Shown here: piece after piece, positions 26,629 through 35,484 of the stretch
How the letters are laid out: each line of letters opens with the position of its first letter
Numbering within the stretch: the first letter of the stretch is position 1
Source: Clostridia bacterium
Lineage (GTDB): Bacteria; Bacillota; Clostridia; Christensenellales; CAG-138
DNA: 55,038 nucleotides
Assembly (NCBI GenBank): GCA_033813015.1
Contig: JAPXSN010000002.1
Span: forward strand, 1-55,038
Reading direction: 5' to 3'
Program-made: the position numbers and the translations under genes
Notes under the pieces: model-generated
Databases searched by the model: none
What the model was told of the DNA's origin: nothing
Seen by the model: only the letters and a program-made list of their open reading frames with translations

Positions 26629-27401
26629 GCGCCATCGAGCGGGTTCGCGCGGCGCGCGCCGCAGGGAGGCCCACGGGGCTTGATTTTATACGCAATCTGT
26701 TTGAGGATTTCTTCGAGCTGCACGGGGATCGGCGTTTCGCGGATGACAGGGCCGTTGTCGCCGGCATCGCGCGTTTGGACGGAATGACTGTCACCGTAAT
26801 CGCGCTTGAAAAAGGCCACGCCACTAAGGAAAAGCTTGAGCGCAACTTCGGCTCCGCGCATCCCGAGGGCTATCGCAAGGCACTCAGGCAGATGAAGCTC
26901 GCCGAGAAGTTCCGTCGCCCAGTCGTCTGCCTCGTGGATACCGCGGGCGCGTACTGCGGCGTCGGCGCGGAGGAGCGCGGCCAGGGGCAGGCAATCGCCG
27001 AAATACTCATGGAATGCTTGGGCCTTGAAACGCCCGTCGTTTCCGTTCTCATCGGCGAGGGCGGCAGCGGGGGCGCGCTCGCGCTGGCGGTGGCCGACGA
27101 GGTGTGGATGCTGCAAAACGCGGTTTATTCCGTAATTTCGCCCGAAGGCTGCGCGAGCATACTCTGGAAAGACGCCTCGAAGACCGTTGAGGCCGCCGAA
27201 TGCCTGAAGCTTACCGCCGAGGATTTGCTCGCACTCGGCGTCATAGAGAGGATTATCCCCGAGGACGGAGAAGATTTCGCGCCGCTCTACGCAGGGTTGA
27301 AGCGGGATCTTGCCGAAACCCTGCGCGGCCTTTGTGATGCAAAACCTCAAGCGCTCGCCGCTTTGCGATACGAGAGATTCAGAAAGTTCGGGGTGAAATA
27401 A
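26625..27401 (+). CDS. accA: Acetyl-CoA carboxylase carboxyltransferase alpha subunit
   Basis: …FGSAHPEGYRKALRQMKLAEKFRRPVVCLVDTAGAY…GEGGSGGALA. It overlaps the accD stop by 4 nt. Confidence 0.9.
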   Translation: MSAIERVRAARAAGRPTGLDFIRNLFEDFFELHGDRRFADDRAVVAGIARLDGMTVTVIALEKGHATKEKLERNFGSAHPEGYRKALRQMKLAEKFRRPVVCLVDTAGAYCGVGAEERGQGQAIAEILMECLGLETPVVSVLIGEGGSGGALALAVADEVWMLQNAVYSVISPEGCASILWKDASKTVEAAECLKLTAEDLLALGVIERIIPEDGEDFAPLYAGLKRDLAETLRGLCDAKPQALAALRYERFRKFGVK

Positions 27402-27403
27402 CC

Positions 27404-28228
27404 ATGATCGCCATCGTAACCGACAGCACCGTATGCATCCCTAAATACGAGGCCGAGGCCTACGGCATCCGCATCGTGCCAAACAGCTACAGCACGGGCG
27501 GGCAGATCTACCGCGAAAGCCACAGCGACCGCAACGGGGACTTTGAGCGGCGCATCTTCTCGAACCCCGAAGCGGGCAAGACCTCACAGGCAACTCCCGC
27601 GGCGTTCATGTCCGTGTTCCGCGATCTGATCCGGGGCGGATTCGATGTGCTGTGCATCGTGCTTTCCTCGCGCTTGAGCGGCACGTACAGCAGCGCGTGC
27701 ATCGCCGCGCGCGAGGTGAACGCCGGAAAGATCGCCGTCGTGGACTCTCTCACAACCGCGGGCGGACTGTGGCTTTTGACCAAGCGCGCGCATGCTTGGG
27801 CCGCGCGGGGGCTGCCGCTTCGGCAGGTGGCCGAAAGGGTCGAGGAACTCCGCGAACACGCAGGCATTGCCTTTTCGGTGGACGATATGGCCGCCCTGCG
27901 GCGCAGCGGCAGGCTCGGTGTTGTGCCGCAGTCCATCGGCACAGTACTCAACATACGCCCCATCCTGCTGTGCGTGCGCGGCACGGTGGTGGCGCGCGGC
28001 TTCGCGCGGGGCGCGGCCGGACGCGTGCGCGAGCTCGTCGACAAAGTGCCTCTCGACGCGAAGGAAATAATCGTGCATTACATGAGCGACCCCGCTGAGG
28101 CGGAGCCGCTGCGAAAAAGCCTTCGGGAGAGCTTCCCCGCGCTGGACATCGGCCTTTACAGGCTCGGCCCCGTGCTCGGCGTGCACCTCGGCAAGGGCGT
28201 GCTCGGCGCGGCCTGGATCTGCGAGTGA
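27404..28228 (+). CDS. DegV-family fatty-acid-binding protein (FakB-like)
   Basis: MIAIVTDSTVCIP…KTSQATPAAF…LSSRLSGTYSSA is the DegV signature. It is the last gene of the fab/acc operon. Confidence 0.85.
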   Translation: MIAIVTDSTVCIPKYEAEAYGIRIVPNSYSTGGQIYRESHSDRNGDFERRIFSNPEAGKTSQATPAAFMSVFRDLIRGGFDVLCIVLSSRLSGTYSSACIAAREVNAGKIAVVDSLTTAGGLWLLTKRAHAWAARGLPLRQVAERVEELREHAGIAFSVDDMAALRRSGRLGVVPQSIGTVLNIRPILLCVRGTVVARGFARGAAGRVRELVDKVPLDAKEIIVHYMSDPAEAEPLRKSLRESFPALDIGLYRLGPVLGVHLGKGVLGAAWICE

Positions 28229-28234
28229 GCTTGC

Positions 28235-28251
28235 GTAGGAACCGTTCCTAC
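28235..28251. terminator. Short palindrome at the convergent gene junction (GTAGGAAC-C-GTTCCTAC)
   Basis: 8-nt arms read directly. It lies in the 19-nt gap between the degV stop and the minus-strand gene's stop and overlaps the latter. Weak as a terminator, since no U-run is present. Confidence 0.3.
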
Positions 28252-29036
28252 TCCGCCTTCGGATGAAGCAGTTCCCGTACCTCAAGCATGTTCTCCCAAT
28301 AGCGCTTAGGCATATGGGTCATCCTGCAGCGCGGGTTTTCCCGGCTTTCGATGGCGACGGTGTCATAAAACCGCTTCCACAGCGCCTGACAGCGCACCTC
28401 ACCCTCTGAAATTTCGGGAAATTCCACGTGCTCGATTTGTGATATTTCGGCCTTACCGTTCTGGTAGATGAGCGCCACTCTATGGGTTTTATCGAAGATC
28501 ATAAAGTTCTCCCGCTGATACCGCAGAATGAAATGCCGTGCGAGAAACGGCAGCACGTAGTTCTTCGGGGTGATCGTCGCGACCAGCGCGCCGCCGACAT
28601 CCGCGAAGCGAACGAAGCCCTTGAGCAGATGCGCTTCGCCTATGAGGTGCTTTTCCGCGCCCAACAGCGATGCCATCAGAGCATCCCCCGGCATGAAGCA
28701 CAGCCGCCCGCCTTCCCGGTAGCCTCTGAGGAGGAATTCCAGCATGCGCTGCTCCTTGTCTGCGAGGCAGGTGCAGAACACCGTCATCACGAGTTCGAGC
28801 GCGCGTGCGGAAATTTTAGTTGCGATTGAAGCGCGCACGCGCTGCGCGCGCACGGCGTCCGTCGCAACGCAATGCACCCTGAAAAGCGTCGGCTGCGCAT
28901 CCTGTTCGCGCACAATTTCAAGCGGAAGTTCGCCGGAATACACGCTTTCATACACGCAGCACAAAAAGCCCTCAAAGCTTCCGTCGTAGGTATAGACGAC
29001 GTTGGCGGGGACCGCTAAAGGCTTGAGGCCATGCAT
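28248..29036 (-). CDS. Partner of the radical-SAM DNA repair protein (TIGR03915-like, UDG-like/DUF4130 domain)
   Basis: 262 aa. The N-terminus …VVYTYDGSFEGFLCCVYESVY… is typical of this family. Its ATG overlaps the radical-SAM gene's end by 22 nt. Confidence 0.75.
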   Translation of the reverse strand: MHGLKPLAVPANVVYTYDGSFEGFLCCVYESVYSGELPLEIVREQDAQPTLFRVHCVATDAVRAQRVRASIATKISARALELVMTVFCTCLADKEQRMLEFLLRGYREGGRLCFMPGDALMASLLGAEKHLIGEAHLLKGFVRFADVGGALVATITPKNYVLPFLARHFILRYQRENFMIFDKTHRVALIYQNGKAEISQIEHVEFPEISEGEVRCQALWKRFYDTVAIESRENPRCRMTHMPKRYWENMLEVRELLHPKAE

Positions 29037-30334
29037 AGCACCGTTTCCTCCACAGCTTCGGCCACGCTCTTTACATCCCGCCCGGTCGGCAGCGGCAGAT
29101 GGGATGGCGCACCCTGAAAAAGGGACAACTGCTCCGTGCCGAATGAAAAGACGTTGGGGTCGATGAGAGCCCTGACGGTCGTTTGCTTATCCGCCTGAGC
29201 GCCTGAGGGCCAGTCCGACGCCCGGATGAAATGCTGCGCCCGTTTGAGCACCACGCCAATGCGCCTGAGCTCCGGGAGGCCCAGCCGCCCGCTCCTTCGC
29301 GCGACCACGATGCGCCTTGCGCTCACGGGGCCTATGCCGGGCACGCGCAGCAGGGTTTCCAGTGACGCGACATTCACATCCACGGGGAACTCCTGCATGT
29401 GATTGACCGCCCAGTTGCACTTCGGGTCGAGGTAGGGGTTCAGGCTGGGCATATCTTCACTTAGGATTTCCTCTGCGTCAAAGCCGTACTGGCGCATGAG
29501 AAAATCCGCCTGATAAAGGCGATGCTCGCGCAGAAGGGGAGGTTTAACATCGAGCGCGGGTAAAAGGGAATCCGCGATTGCCGGGATGTAAGCTGAGTAA
29601 AACACGCGCTTGAGCGCGTATTTGCCATACAGTGCGCTGGCGAGCCGGATGATCTGATAATCGGTGTCCGGGCTCGCGCCGATGATCATCTGCGTCGCCT
29701 GCCCGGCCGGGGCGAACTGCGGCTCTTTTTTGTAGACCGCAAGCTCCTGCCGACTCTGGCTGCTTGCGAGGTAAATCTGTTTCATGGGCGCGAGGATGGC
29801 CTCCCTCTTCTTGTGCGGGGCAAGCCGGCGAAGGCTCTGCTCACTGGGCAGCTCGATGTTGACGCTGACCCGGTCGGCGAGAAGGCCGAGGCGGCGCACG
29901 AGCTCCGGCGCCGCGCCGGGAATGGTCTTCGCGTGGATGTAACCCCAGAAATCGTAGCGGTAGCGAAGGATGTGCAGGGCCTGTATCATCTGCTCCATGG
30001 TATAATCCGGGCTTCGCATGATGCCGCTCGAGAGGAACAGCCCCTCGATGTAGTTGCGGCGGTAGAACTCGACGGTAAGCTCCGCGAGCTCTTCCGGCGT
30101 GAAGGCCGTGCGGGGTGAGTCGTTGCTTGAACGGTTCACGCAGTATCTGCAGTCGAAAACGCAGTGGTTCGTCAAAAGAACCTTGAGTAGGGTGACGCAT
30201 CTGCCGTCGGCTGAAAAGGCGTGACAGCATCCCGCGGGAACGGTTTTCCCCGGTCGGTCCGCGCCGGAGGAGGTGCAGGCCGCGTCGTACTTTGCGCCGT
30301 TGGTCAGAATGATGAGCTTTTCCATCAAATCCAT
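29015..30334 (-). CDS. Putative DNA modification/repair radical SAM protein (TIGR03916-like) with a C-terminal helix-hairpin-helix
   Basis: …EKLIILTNGAKYDAACTSSG…, a radical-SAM cluster CVFDCRYC, and an HhH motif LLRVPGIGPVSARRIV. The start at ATG 30334 is preferred; GTG 30346 and ATG 30325 are alternatives. Confidence 0.8.
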   Translation of the reverse strand: MDLMEKLIILTNGAKYDAACTSSGADRPGKTVPAGCCHAFSADGRCVTLLKVLLTNHCVFDCRYCVNRSSNDSPRTAFTPEELAELTVEFYRRNYIEGLFLSSGIMRSPDYTMEQMIQALHILRYRYDFWGYIHAKTIPGAAPELVRRLGLLADRVSVNIELPSEQSLRRLAPHKKREAILAPMKQIYLASSQSRQELAVYKKEPQFAPAGQATQMIIGASPDTDYQIIRLASALYGKYALKRVFYSAYIPAIADSLLPALDVKPPLLREHRLYQADFLMRQYGFDAEEILSEDMPSLNPYLDPKCNWAVNHMQEFPVDVNVASLETLLRVPGIGPVSARRIVVARRSGRLGLPELRRIGVVLKRAQHFIRASDWPSGAQADKQTTVRALIDPNVFSFGTEQLSLFQGAPSHLPLPTGRDVKSVAEAVEETVLCMASSL

Positions 30335-30339
30335 AGCCG

Positions 30340-30933
30340 TCACCACTTTGTGCTGGTTTCCACAACCTTGCCGAAAATCACGAGCCGCGCCAGTTCATCC
30401 CCGCGCAGCGTGACGGTTTCATACGTGTCGTTAAACGGAACGAGAGCAACCGCGCCGTCCGCGCAATGGTATTTTTTGAGCGTGGCCTCCCCCTCCCCGT
30501 AAATGACCACGCCGAGGTCACCGTTGTTCAGCGTGGACTGGAGCCGCACGAGGGCGAGGTCTCCCTCGCGGATATACGGCGCCATCGAGTCGCCCCTGAC
30601 GATCAGGTAACGATAAGCTTCCGCGTCCTTTACATCCGCTAAGGCGCTGCCCAAATCCTCCTCAAAGGCGAACGCGTCGTACCCGGCGCGCACGGCGCCT
30701 ATGATGCGCACTCTTGGCATCGGCTCGGCGGCAAGGGAATCCGACCGGCCAAGCAGATAATCCGTCGTGACGCCGAAAAAGCCCGCGATGCGTAAAATGG
30801 TCGAAGGCTCCGGCAGGGCGCGTCCCGCCTCCCACTTCGCGAGGGCCTGCTGCGTCACGCTGAATTGGGCAGCGAGCTGCCCTTGCGTGAGCCGGCGTTC
30901 CTTTCGCAGTTGTTTGAGCTTTTCCGAGAGCAT
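30340..30933 (-). CDS. XRE-HTH plus S24 peptidase repressor (LexA/HdiR-like)
   Basis: HTH_3 domain (LRKERRLTQGQLAAQFSVTQQALAKWE), a cleavage-site-like VRAGY, the Ser motif RGDSMAP, and the Lys region ATLKKY. The ATG at 30933 lies 6 nt after GGTGAGGTG. Confidence 0.85.
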   Translation of the reverse strand: MLSEKLKQLRKERRLTQGQLAAQFSVTQQALAKWEAGRALPEPSTILRIAGFFGVTTDYLLGRSDSLAAEPMPRVRIIGAVRAGYDAFAFEEDLGSALADVKDAEAYRYLIVRGDSMAPYIREGDLALVRLQSTLNNGDLGVVIYGEGEATLKKYHCADGAVALVPFNDTYETVTLRGDELARLVIFGKVVETSTKW

Positions 30934-30951
30934 CTTTTTCACCTCACCAAC

Positions 30952-30980
30952 AGAATACAACCTAAAGTTGTATTTGTAAA
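30952..30980 (-). promoter_or_regulatory. Promoter of the repressor/radical-SAM operon with an embedded inverted repeat operator
   Basis: Minus strand reads TTTACA (30980-30975), a 17-nt spacer, then TATTCT (30957-30952). The perfect inverted repeat AATACAAC-N5-GTTGTATT (30954-30974) fills the spacer and overlaps the -10. Confidence 0.5.
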
Positions 30981-31185
30981 GAGCTTTTTGTTGGATGCTC
31001 CGCGCGTCGACTGCCGATTATTTTCCGGTGGATTTTGGTTTGGGTTATGGTATACTTGTATGTAGAAATACTTTCCGAACCAGCATTCTGGCCTGATAAG
31101 TAAAAAAGGTGAAGATCGTCCCCCTGTATCGGCGCGGCGTGAATGGCCACATAAGAGTGCGGTTCGAGATCGTTAAGGATCGACG

Positions 31186-32223
31186 ATGCAAGTAACCGCG
31201 TACAAATCCCCGAAGATAACGCGCATATCGGCAATCCTGCTGTTCTTCGCAATGATTGCGCCGCTCGGCGGCTGCGAAGCCCAATCATCCAAAAGCCAAT
31301 CTGTCGAATTTTTCACAATGGATACGGTCATGAACCTAACAGCCTACGGTGGGAACGCAGATGCCGGTTTGCGCGCTGCGCAGGCGGAAATCATCCGACT
31401 GGACGGGCTGCTTTCCATATCGAACCCCGAAAGCGAAGTGTATCTGGTCAACCGCGACGGCGGCGCGGAGCTCTGTGATGAGACGGCCGCGCTGGTGCGC
31501 GAATCGCTCGCGCTGTATGAGTTGACGCAAGGCGCTTTTGACATCACCGTTTACCCTCTCATGGGCGCGTGGGGTTTTTATTCCGGCGAATACCAGGTCC
31601 CTTCAGCTGAGGAGCGCGCGCTCCTGATGAAACTTGTGGGCAGCGATAAGCTTGCACTCGAAGGCAGCAGCCTCTCTCTGCCTCTAATTGGCATGGGCAT
31701 CGACTTCGGCGGCATCGCCAAAGGCTACGCATCGGACCGCGCGGCGGCGGCGCTCGCCGAAAACGGGGTGACATCCGCACTCATCTCGCTGGGCGGCAAC
31801 ATCGTAGCACTGGGAACAAAGCCGGACGGAACGCCCTGGCGCATCGCCATACGCGACCCGCTCGACGAAAGCGCATTTTCGGGCATTGTGCGCGTCGCTG
31901 ATATGGCCGTGGTGACTTCGGGCGGGTACGAGCGTTATTTCGAGCTGGACAGCCAAAGTTATCATCACATCCTCGACCCCGCATCGGGAATGCCCGCCCA
32001 AAATGGACTGATCTCCGCGACCATTGTATGCGAAAGCGGCATGCTGGCTGACGGACTTTCCACCGCGCTTTTTGTAATGGGCGAAGAAAAGGCACTGTCG
32101 TTCTGGCGCACGCACGCCGAGCTGTTCGATTTTGTGCTGATTAAGGACGACGGGCGCATCCTCGTGAGCGCGGGCATCGCCGAAGCGTTTTCATCCGAGC
32201 ATGACTTCGAGGTGATCCGATGA
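31186..32223 (+). CDS. apbE: FAD:protein FMN transferase (flavin transferase) lipoprotein
   Basis: Lipobox APLGGC and ApbE motifs FFTMDTVMNLTAYG and …GGIAKGYASD…. Confidence 0.88.
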   Translation: MQVTAYKSPKITRISAILLFFAMIAPLGGCEAQSSKSQSVEFFTMDTVMNLTAYGGNADAGLRAAQAEIIRLDGLLSISNPESEVYLVNRDGGAELCDETAALVRESLALYELTQGAFDITVYPLMGAWGFYSGEYQVPSAEERALLMKLVGSDKLALEGSSLSLPLIGMGIDFGGIAKGYASDRAAAALAENGVTSALISLGGNIVALGTKPDGTPWRIAIRDPLDESAFSGIVRVADMAVVTSGGYERYFELDSQSYHHILDPASGMPAQNGLISATIVCESGMLADGLSTALFVMGEEKALSFWRTHAELFDFVLIKDDGRILVSAGIAEAFSSEHDFEVIR

Positions 32224-32597
32224 AAACGCGCGCGTGGATCGCTCTTTTTGCAGCTCTGCTGCTCATATCCGGCGCGGCAGCGTGGTACCTTTCCCGCGGA
32301 CGGGCGGCGGATTCATTGGTCGGCGTCTATCAAGACGGCAAACTCGTGCAGAGCGTCGACCTGGCTTTGGCTGCGGAGCCGTACGATATCGTGCTGACGG
32401 ACGGATGCGTCGTGCGTGTGGAGGGTGGAGAGATCCGCATGCTTTCCTCCGATTGCCCGGATCAGATCTGCGTCGCGCAGGGCGCGCTCAAGGGCAATCT
32501 GCCTATCGTATGCGTGCCCAACCGTGTGGTGATCCGCTATCTGTCCAAGGCGGACGCGGGATACGACGCCGTCAGCGGCGCAATCCCAAAAAGCTGA
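32220..32597 (+). CDS. NusG domain II-containing membrane-anchored protein
   Basis: 125 aa with an N-terminal TM helix. …CPDQICVAQG…LPIVCVPNRVVI is typical of NusG_II (DUF1312-like) proteins. It overlaps the apbE stop by 4 nt. Confidence 0.7.
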   Translation: MKTRAWIALFAALLLISGAAAWYLSRGRAADSLVGVYQDGKLVQSVDLALAAEPYDIVLTDGCVVRVEGGEIRMLSSDCPDQICVAQGALKGNLPIVCVPNRVVIRYLSKADAGYDAVSGAIPKS

Positions 32598-32609
32598 GCA
32601 GGGAGAACT

Positions 32610-33173
32610 ATGAACGCGAGGAAGGTCACAACCGCATCCCTTTTGACGGCGCTTGCGCTCGCGATCTACATCGTGGAGGCGCAGATACCGCCGTTGCTTC
32701 CGCTGCCCGGAATCAAGCTCGGGCTTTCCAACGCCATCACGCTGTTCGCGCTTTTCTTTGCCGGGCCGGGCACGGCGTTCCTCGTGCTCGCCGCGCGTAT
32801 ATTGCTCGGCGGCCTACTGACCGGGCAGGCATTTTCCATGCTCTACGGCGCGGCGGGAGGGCTTCTCTCGTTCGCAATGAGCGCGTGCGTCTACCGGCGC
32901 TTCCCGCTCAACCAGGTTTTCGTCGTGAGTATGATTTCGGCCATACTGCACAACATCGGCCAACTCGCCGCCGCGGCGGCGACGAGCTCCGCCGCGGTTT
33001 TCGCGTACCTCCCGGCGCTGATTGCCTCGGGCATCGTAACCGGCCTGTTCACCGGCCTATGCGCGCAGTACGCGCTGCTTCATATAAGCAAAATCGGTTT
33101 CTTCAAGAAAAACGCGCTTTTCGTAACCGCGGGGAGCCCTATTTCACAAAGGACGGAGGATAAGAACCATTGA
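32610..33173 (+). CDS. Gx transporter family protein (heptaprenyl diphosphate synthase component I-like membrane protein)
   Basis: 187 aa, about 5 TM helices. …YIVEAQIPPLLPLPGIKLGLSNAITLFAL… matches this family. Confidence 0.7.
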   Translation: MNARKVTTASLLTALALAIYIVEAQIPPLLPLPGIKLGLSNAITLFALFFAGPGTAFLVLAARILLGGLLTGQAFSMLYGAAGGLLSFAMSACVYRRFPLNQVFVVSMISAILHNIGQLAAAAATSSAAVFAYLPALIASGIVTGLFTGLCAQYALLHISKIGFFKKNALFVTAGSPISQRTEDKNH

Positions 33174-34498
33174 AACGCTTGGCAAGGCTGAAATTGAGCC
33201 ACAGCAAACACACGGCGCACAGCGTTCCCGTACGCATCCCGACGCCGCCCGTCGTGAGCATCCCCATGCTCATGCACATAGGCGCCCCGGCGAAGCCCAT
33301 CGTCAAACCAGGAGACGAGGTGAAAGTGTATCAGCGCATCGCGGACGCCGGAGGCTTCGTCTCATCCCCCGTCTATTCGGGCGTGTCCGGCAGGGTCAAA
33401 AGCGTCGGCCCGACGCGCCTCTCTTCCGGCCAGATGGCGGACGCTGTCGTCATTGAAACGGACGGCAAGCAGGCGCAGCTTTCGGACATCCGGCCACCCT
33501 CTGTGACGGGGTTTGATGAGTTCCTCGACGCCGTGCGCGAGAGCGGAGTGGTTGGCCTCGGCGGCGCGGGCTTCCCCACAGCCGTGAAGCTTTCGATTAA
33601 GGATGTGAGCCGCTGCGAATACATCATCGTCAACGGTGCGGAGTGCGAGCCGTATGTCACTTCCGACATGCGCACCATGCTCGACGACCAGGCTATGGTC
33701 TGGGAGGGCGTGCTCCTGCTCAAACGTTACTTCCCCGGCGCCCGGATCATCATCGGCATCGAGGATAACAAACCCGCGTGCGTGAAGGACTTCCGGCAGT
33801 TATGCGAGAAGGAAGACGGCGTCGAGGTTGCATCCCTTCGCTCGCGCTACCCGCAGGGCGGCGAAAAAATGCTGATTCACGCGACAACCGGGCGCGTCGT
33901 GCCGGAGGATAAGCTGCCCATCGACGCGGGTGTGCTCGTGGTCAACTGCACGACGCTCGCCGTGCTCGCGCGCTACGTAAAAACCGGCATTCCGCTCGTC
34001 GAAAAATGCGTAACGGTGGATGGATCGGCCGTGCGCGAGCCCAAAAATGTCATAGCCCCCATCGGCACGCCCGTGAGCGCCCTGTTCGACTTCTGCGGCG
34101 GCTTCGCAGCAGAGCCGAAAAAAGTATTGTTCGGCGGGCCGATGATGGGCGTCGCGGTCGCGGATTTGGATGCGCCGGTTTTGAAGAACGTCAACGCCGT
34201 GCTCGCGCTGAGCGAAAAGGATGCGGAACTGCCCGAGCAGAGCGAATGCATCCGCTGCGGCCGCTGCGTGGAGATATGTCCCATGGACCTTTCGCCGGTA
34301 CAGATCGAATTCGCCTATCGGCTCGGGCGCGCCGATCTGTTGGATAAAGACAAGGTCAACCTGTGCATCGAGTGCGGCTGCTGCGCTTATGTGTGCCCGG
34401 CCCGCCGCCGCCTCGTGCAGGTGATGAAGCTGAGCAAGCCCATTGCGAAAAAGCAACGCGACCAAAAGAAGGCTGAAAAGGAGGCAAAAGGGATATGA
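33170..34498 (+). CDS. rnfC: Rnf complex subunit C (NADH-binding, 2x[4Fe-4S])
   Basis: 442 aa. …GLGGAGFPTAVKL… and two motifs, CIRCGRCVEICP and CIECGCCAYVCP. The TTG start overlaps the preceding stop. Confidence 0.9.
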   Translation: MKRLARLKLSHSKHTAHSVPVRIPTPPVVSIPMLMHIGAPAKPIVKPGDEVKVYQRIADAGGFVSSPVYSGVSGRVKSVGPTRLSSGQMADAVVIETDGKQAQLSDIRPPSVTGFDEFLDAVRESGVVGLGGAGFPTAVKLSIKDVSRCEYIIVNGAECEPYVTSDMRTMLDDQAMVWEGVLLLKRYFPGARIIIGIEDNKPACVKDFRQLCEKEDGVEVASLRSRYPQGGEKMLIHATTGRVVPEDKLPIDAGVLVVNCTTLAVLARYVKTGIPLVEKCVTVDGSAVREPKNVIAPIGTPVSALFDFCGGFAAEPKKVLFGGPMMGVAVADLDAPVLKNVNAVLALSEKDAELPEQSECIRCGRCVEICPMDLSPVQIEFAYRLGRADLLDKDKVNLCIECGCCAYVCPARRRLVQVMKLSKPIAKKQRDQKKAEKEAKGI

Positions 34499-35484
34499 GC
34501 AAGCTTAACGTCTCCGTATCGCCCCACATCCATGCCGGGAGCAGCACCGCCGCAATCATGCGCGACGTCGTCATCGCTCTGCTGCCCGCGCTTATCGCGT
34601 CCGTGCTGATTTTCGGATACCGCGCGGCTCTCGTAATGGCCGTCTGCGTCGCCGCGTGCGTCGGCTCGGAATGGGTGTTCGAAAAGGCGCTCAAGCGCCC
34701 CGTCACCATAGGCGACCTTTCCGCCTGCGTCACGGGCATGCTGCTCGCCTTCAGCCTGCCCGTGGGCATCCCGCTCTGGCAGGCGGCCTTCGGCGGCGTG
34801 GTCGCCATCGTGGTGATCAAGCAGCTTTTCGGCGGCATAGGCCGCAACTTCGCCAATCCGGCCGTCACGGCCCGCATCGTGATGTTCCTCGCGTTTTCCG
34901 GTACGATGTCCGCGTGGGTGTTCCCGGCGGGCCTATTCCCCGCCTTCAACGTCTTGTCCTCCGCGGCCGCGGACGGCATGTCCGCCGCGACCCCCATCGT
35001 GGACGGCATATCCTCCGCGACTCCGCTTATCGCGCTCTCCGCAGCCAACAAGACGCTGCCCTCGCTTTTCGACATGCTGCTCGGCCTTCGCGCTGGCTGC
35101 ATCGGGGAGACCAGCGCCGTCGCGCTGCTGCTGGGCGGAGGGTATCTGCTATCGCGGCGGATCATCTCCTGGCACACGCCCGTCGCCTTCATCGGCACCG
35201 TTCTCCTCCTCTCGTTCGCGCTCGGTCAGGACGCGCTGTACCAATTGCTTTCCGGCGGGCTTCTCATCGGCGCGATCTTCATGGCGACGGATTATTCCAC
35301 CACTCCCATATCGAAAACAGGCAAGGTCGTATTCGGCGCGGGCTGCGGGCTCATCACCGCGCTTATCCGATTCTACGGAAGTTATCCGGAAGGCGTTTCC
35401 TTCGCGATACTTTTAATGAACATCGCGACGCCGTACATCGACAGAGGGTTTTCCCTTAAGCCCATCGGAGGTAAAGCTGCATGA
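34495..35484 (+). CDS. rnfD: Rnf complex subunit D
   Basis: 329 aa, polytopic. SPHIHAGSSTAAIMRDV N-terminus and an FMN-attachment region (…SSATPL…). Confidence 0.9.
   Translation: MSKLNVSVSPHIHAGSSTAAIMRDVVIALLPALIASVLIFGYRAALVMAVCVAACVGSEWVFEKALKRPVTIGDLSACVTGMLLAFSLPVGIPLWQAAFGGVVAIVVIKQLFGGIGRNFANPAVTARIVMFLAFSGTMSAWVFPAGLFPAFNVLSSAAADGMSAATPIVDGISSATPLIALSAANKTLPSLFDMLLGLRAGCIGETSAVALLLGGGYLLSRRIISWHTPVAFIGTVLLLSFALGQDALYQLLSGGLLIGAIFMATDYSTTPISKTGKVVFGAGCGLITALIRFYGSYPEGVSFAILLMNIATPYIDRGFSLKPIGGKAA

Noticed and set aside
31076-31090. A Cheo-box-like sequence, CGAAC-CAGC-ATTCTG, between the XRE-S24 operon and apbE.
   Set aside because: It has a mismatch in the conserved GTTC half-site and lies about 145 nt from the repressor gene's start. 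The repressor has an XRE HTH rather than a LexA DNA-binding domain. The perfect inverted repeat at 30954-30974 is a far better operator candidate.
30958-31288. ORFs in the repressor-apbE intergenic region: the TTG-extended start of the repressor at 30960, and the ORFs 30865-31065(+), 30962-31288(-) and 31045-31284(-).
   Set aside because: The TTG at 30960 lies inside the predicted -10 and operator. The other ORFs have no RBS, are compositionally odd and overlap the promoter region. I treated the region as regulatory DNA.
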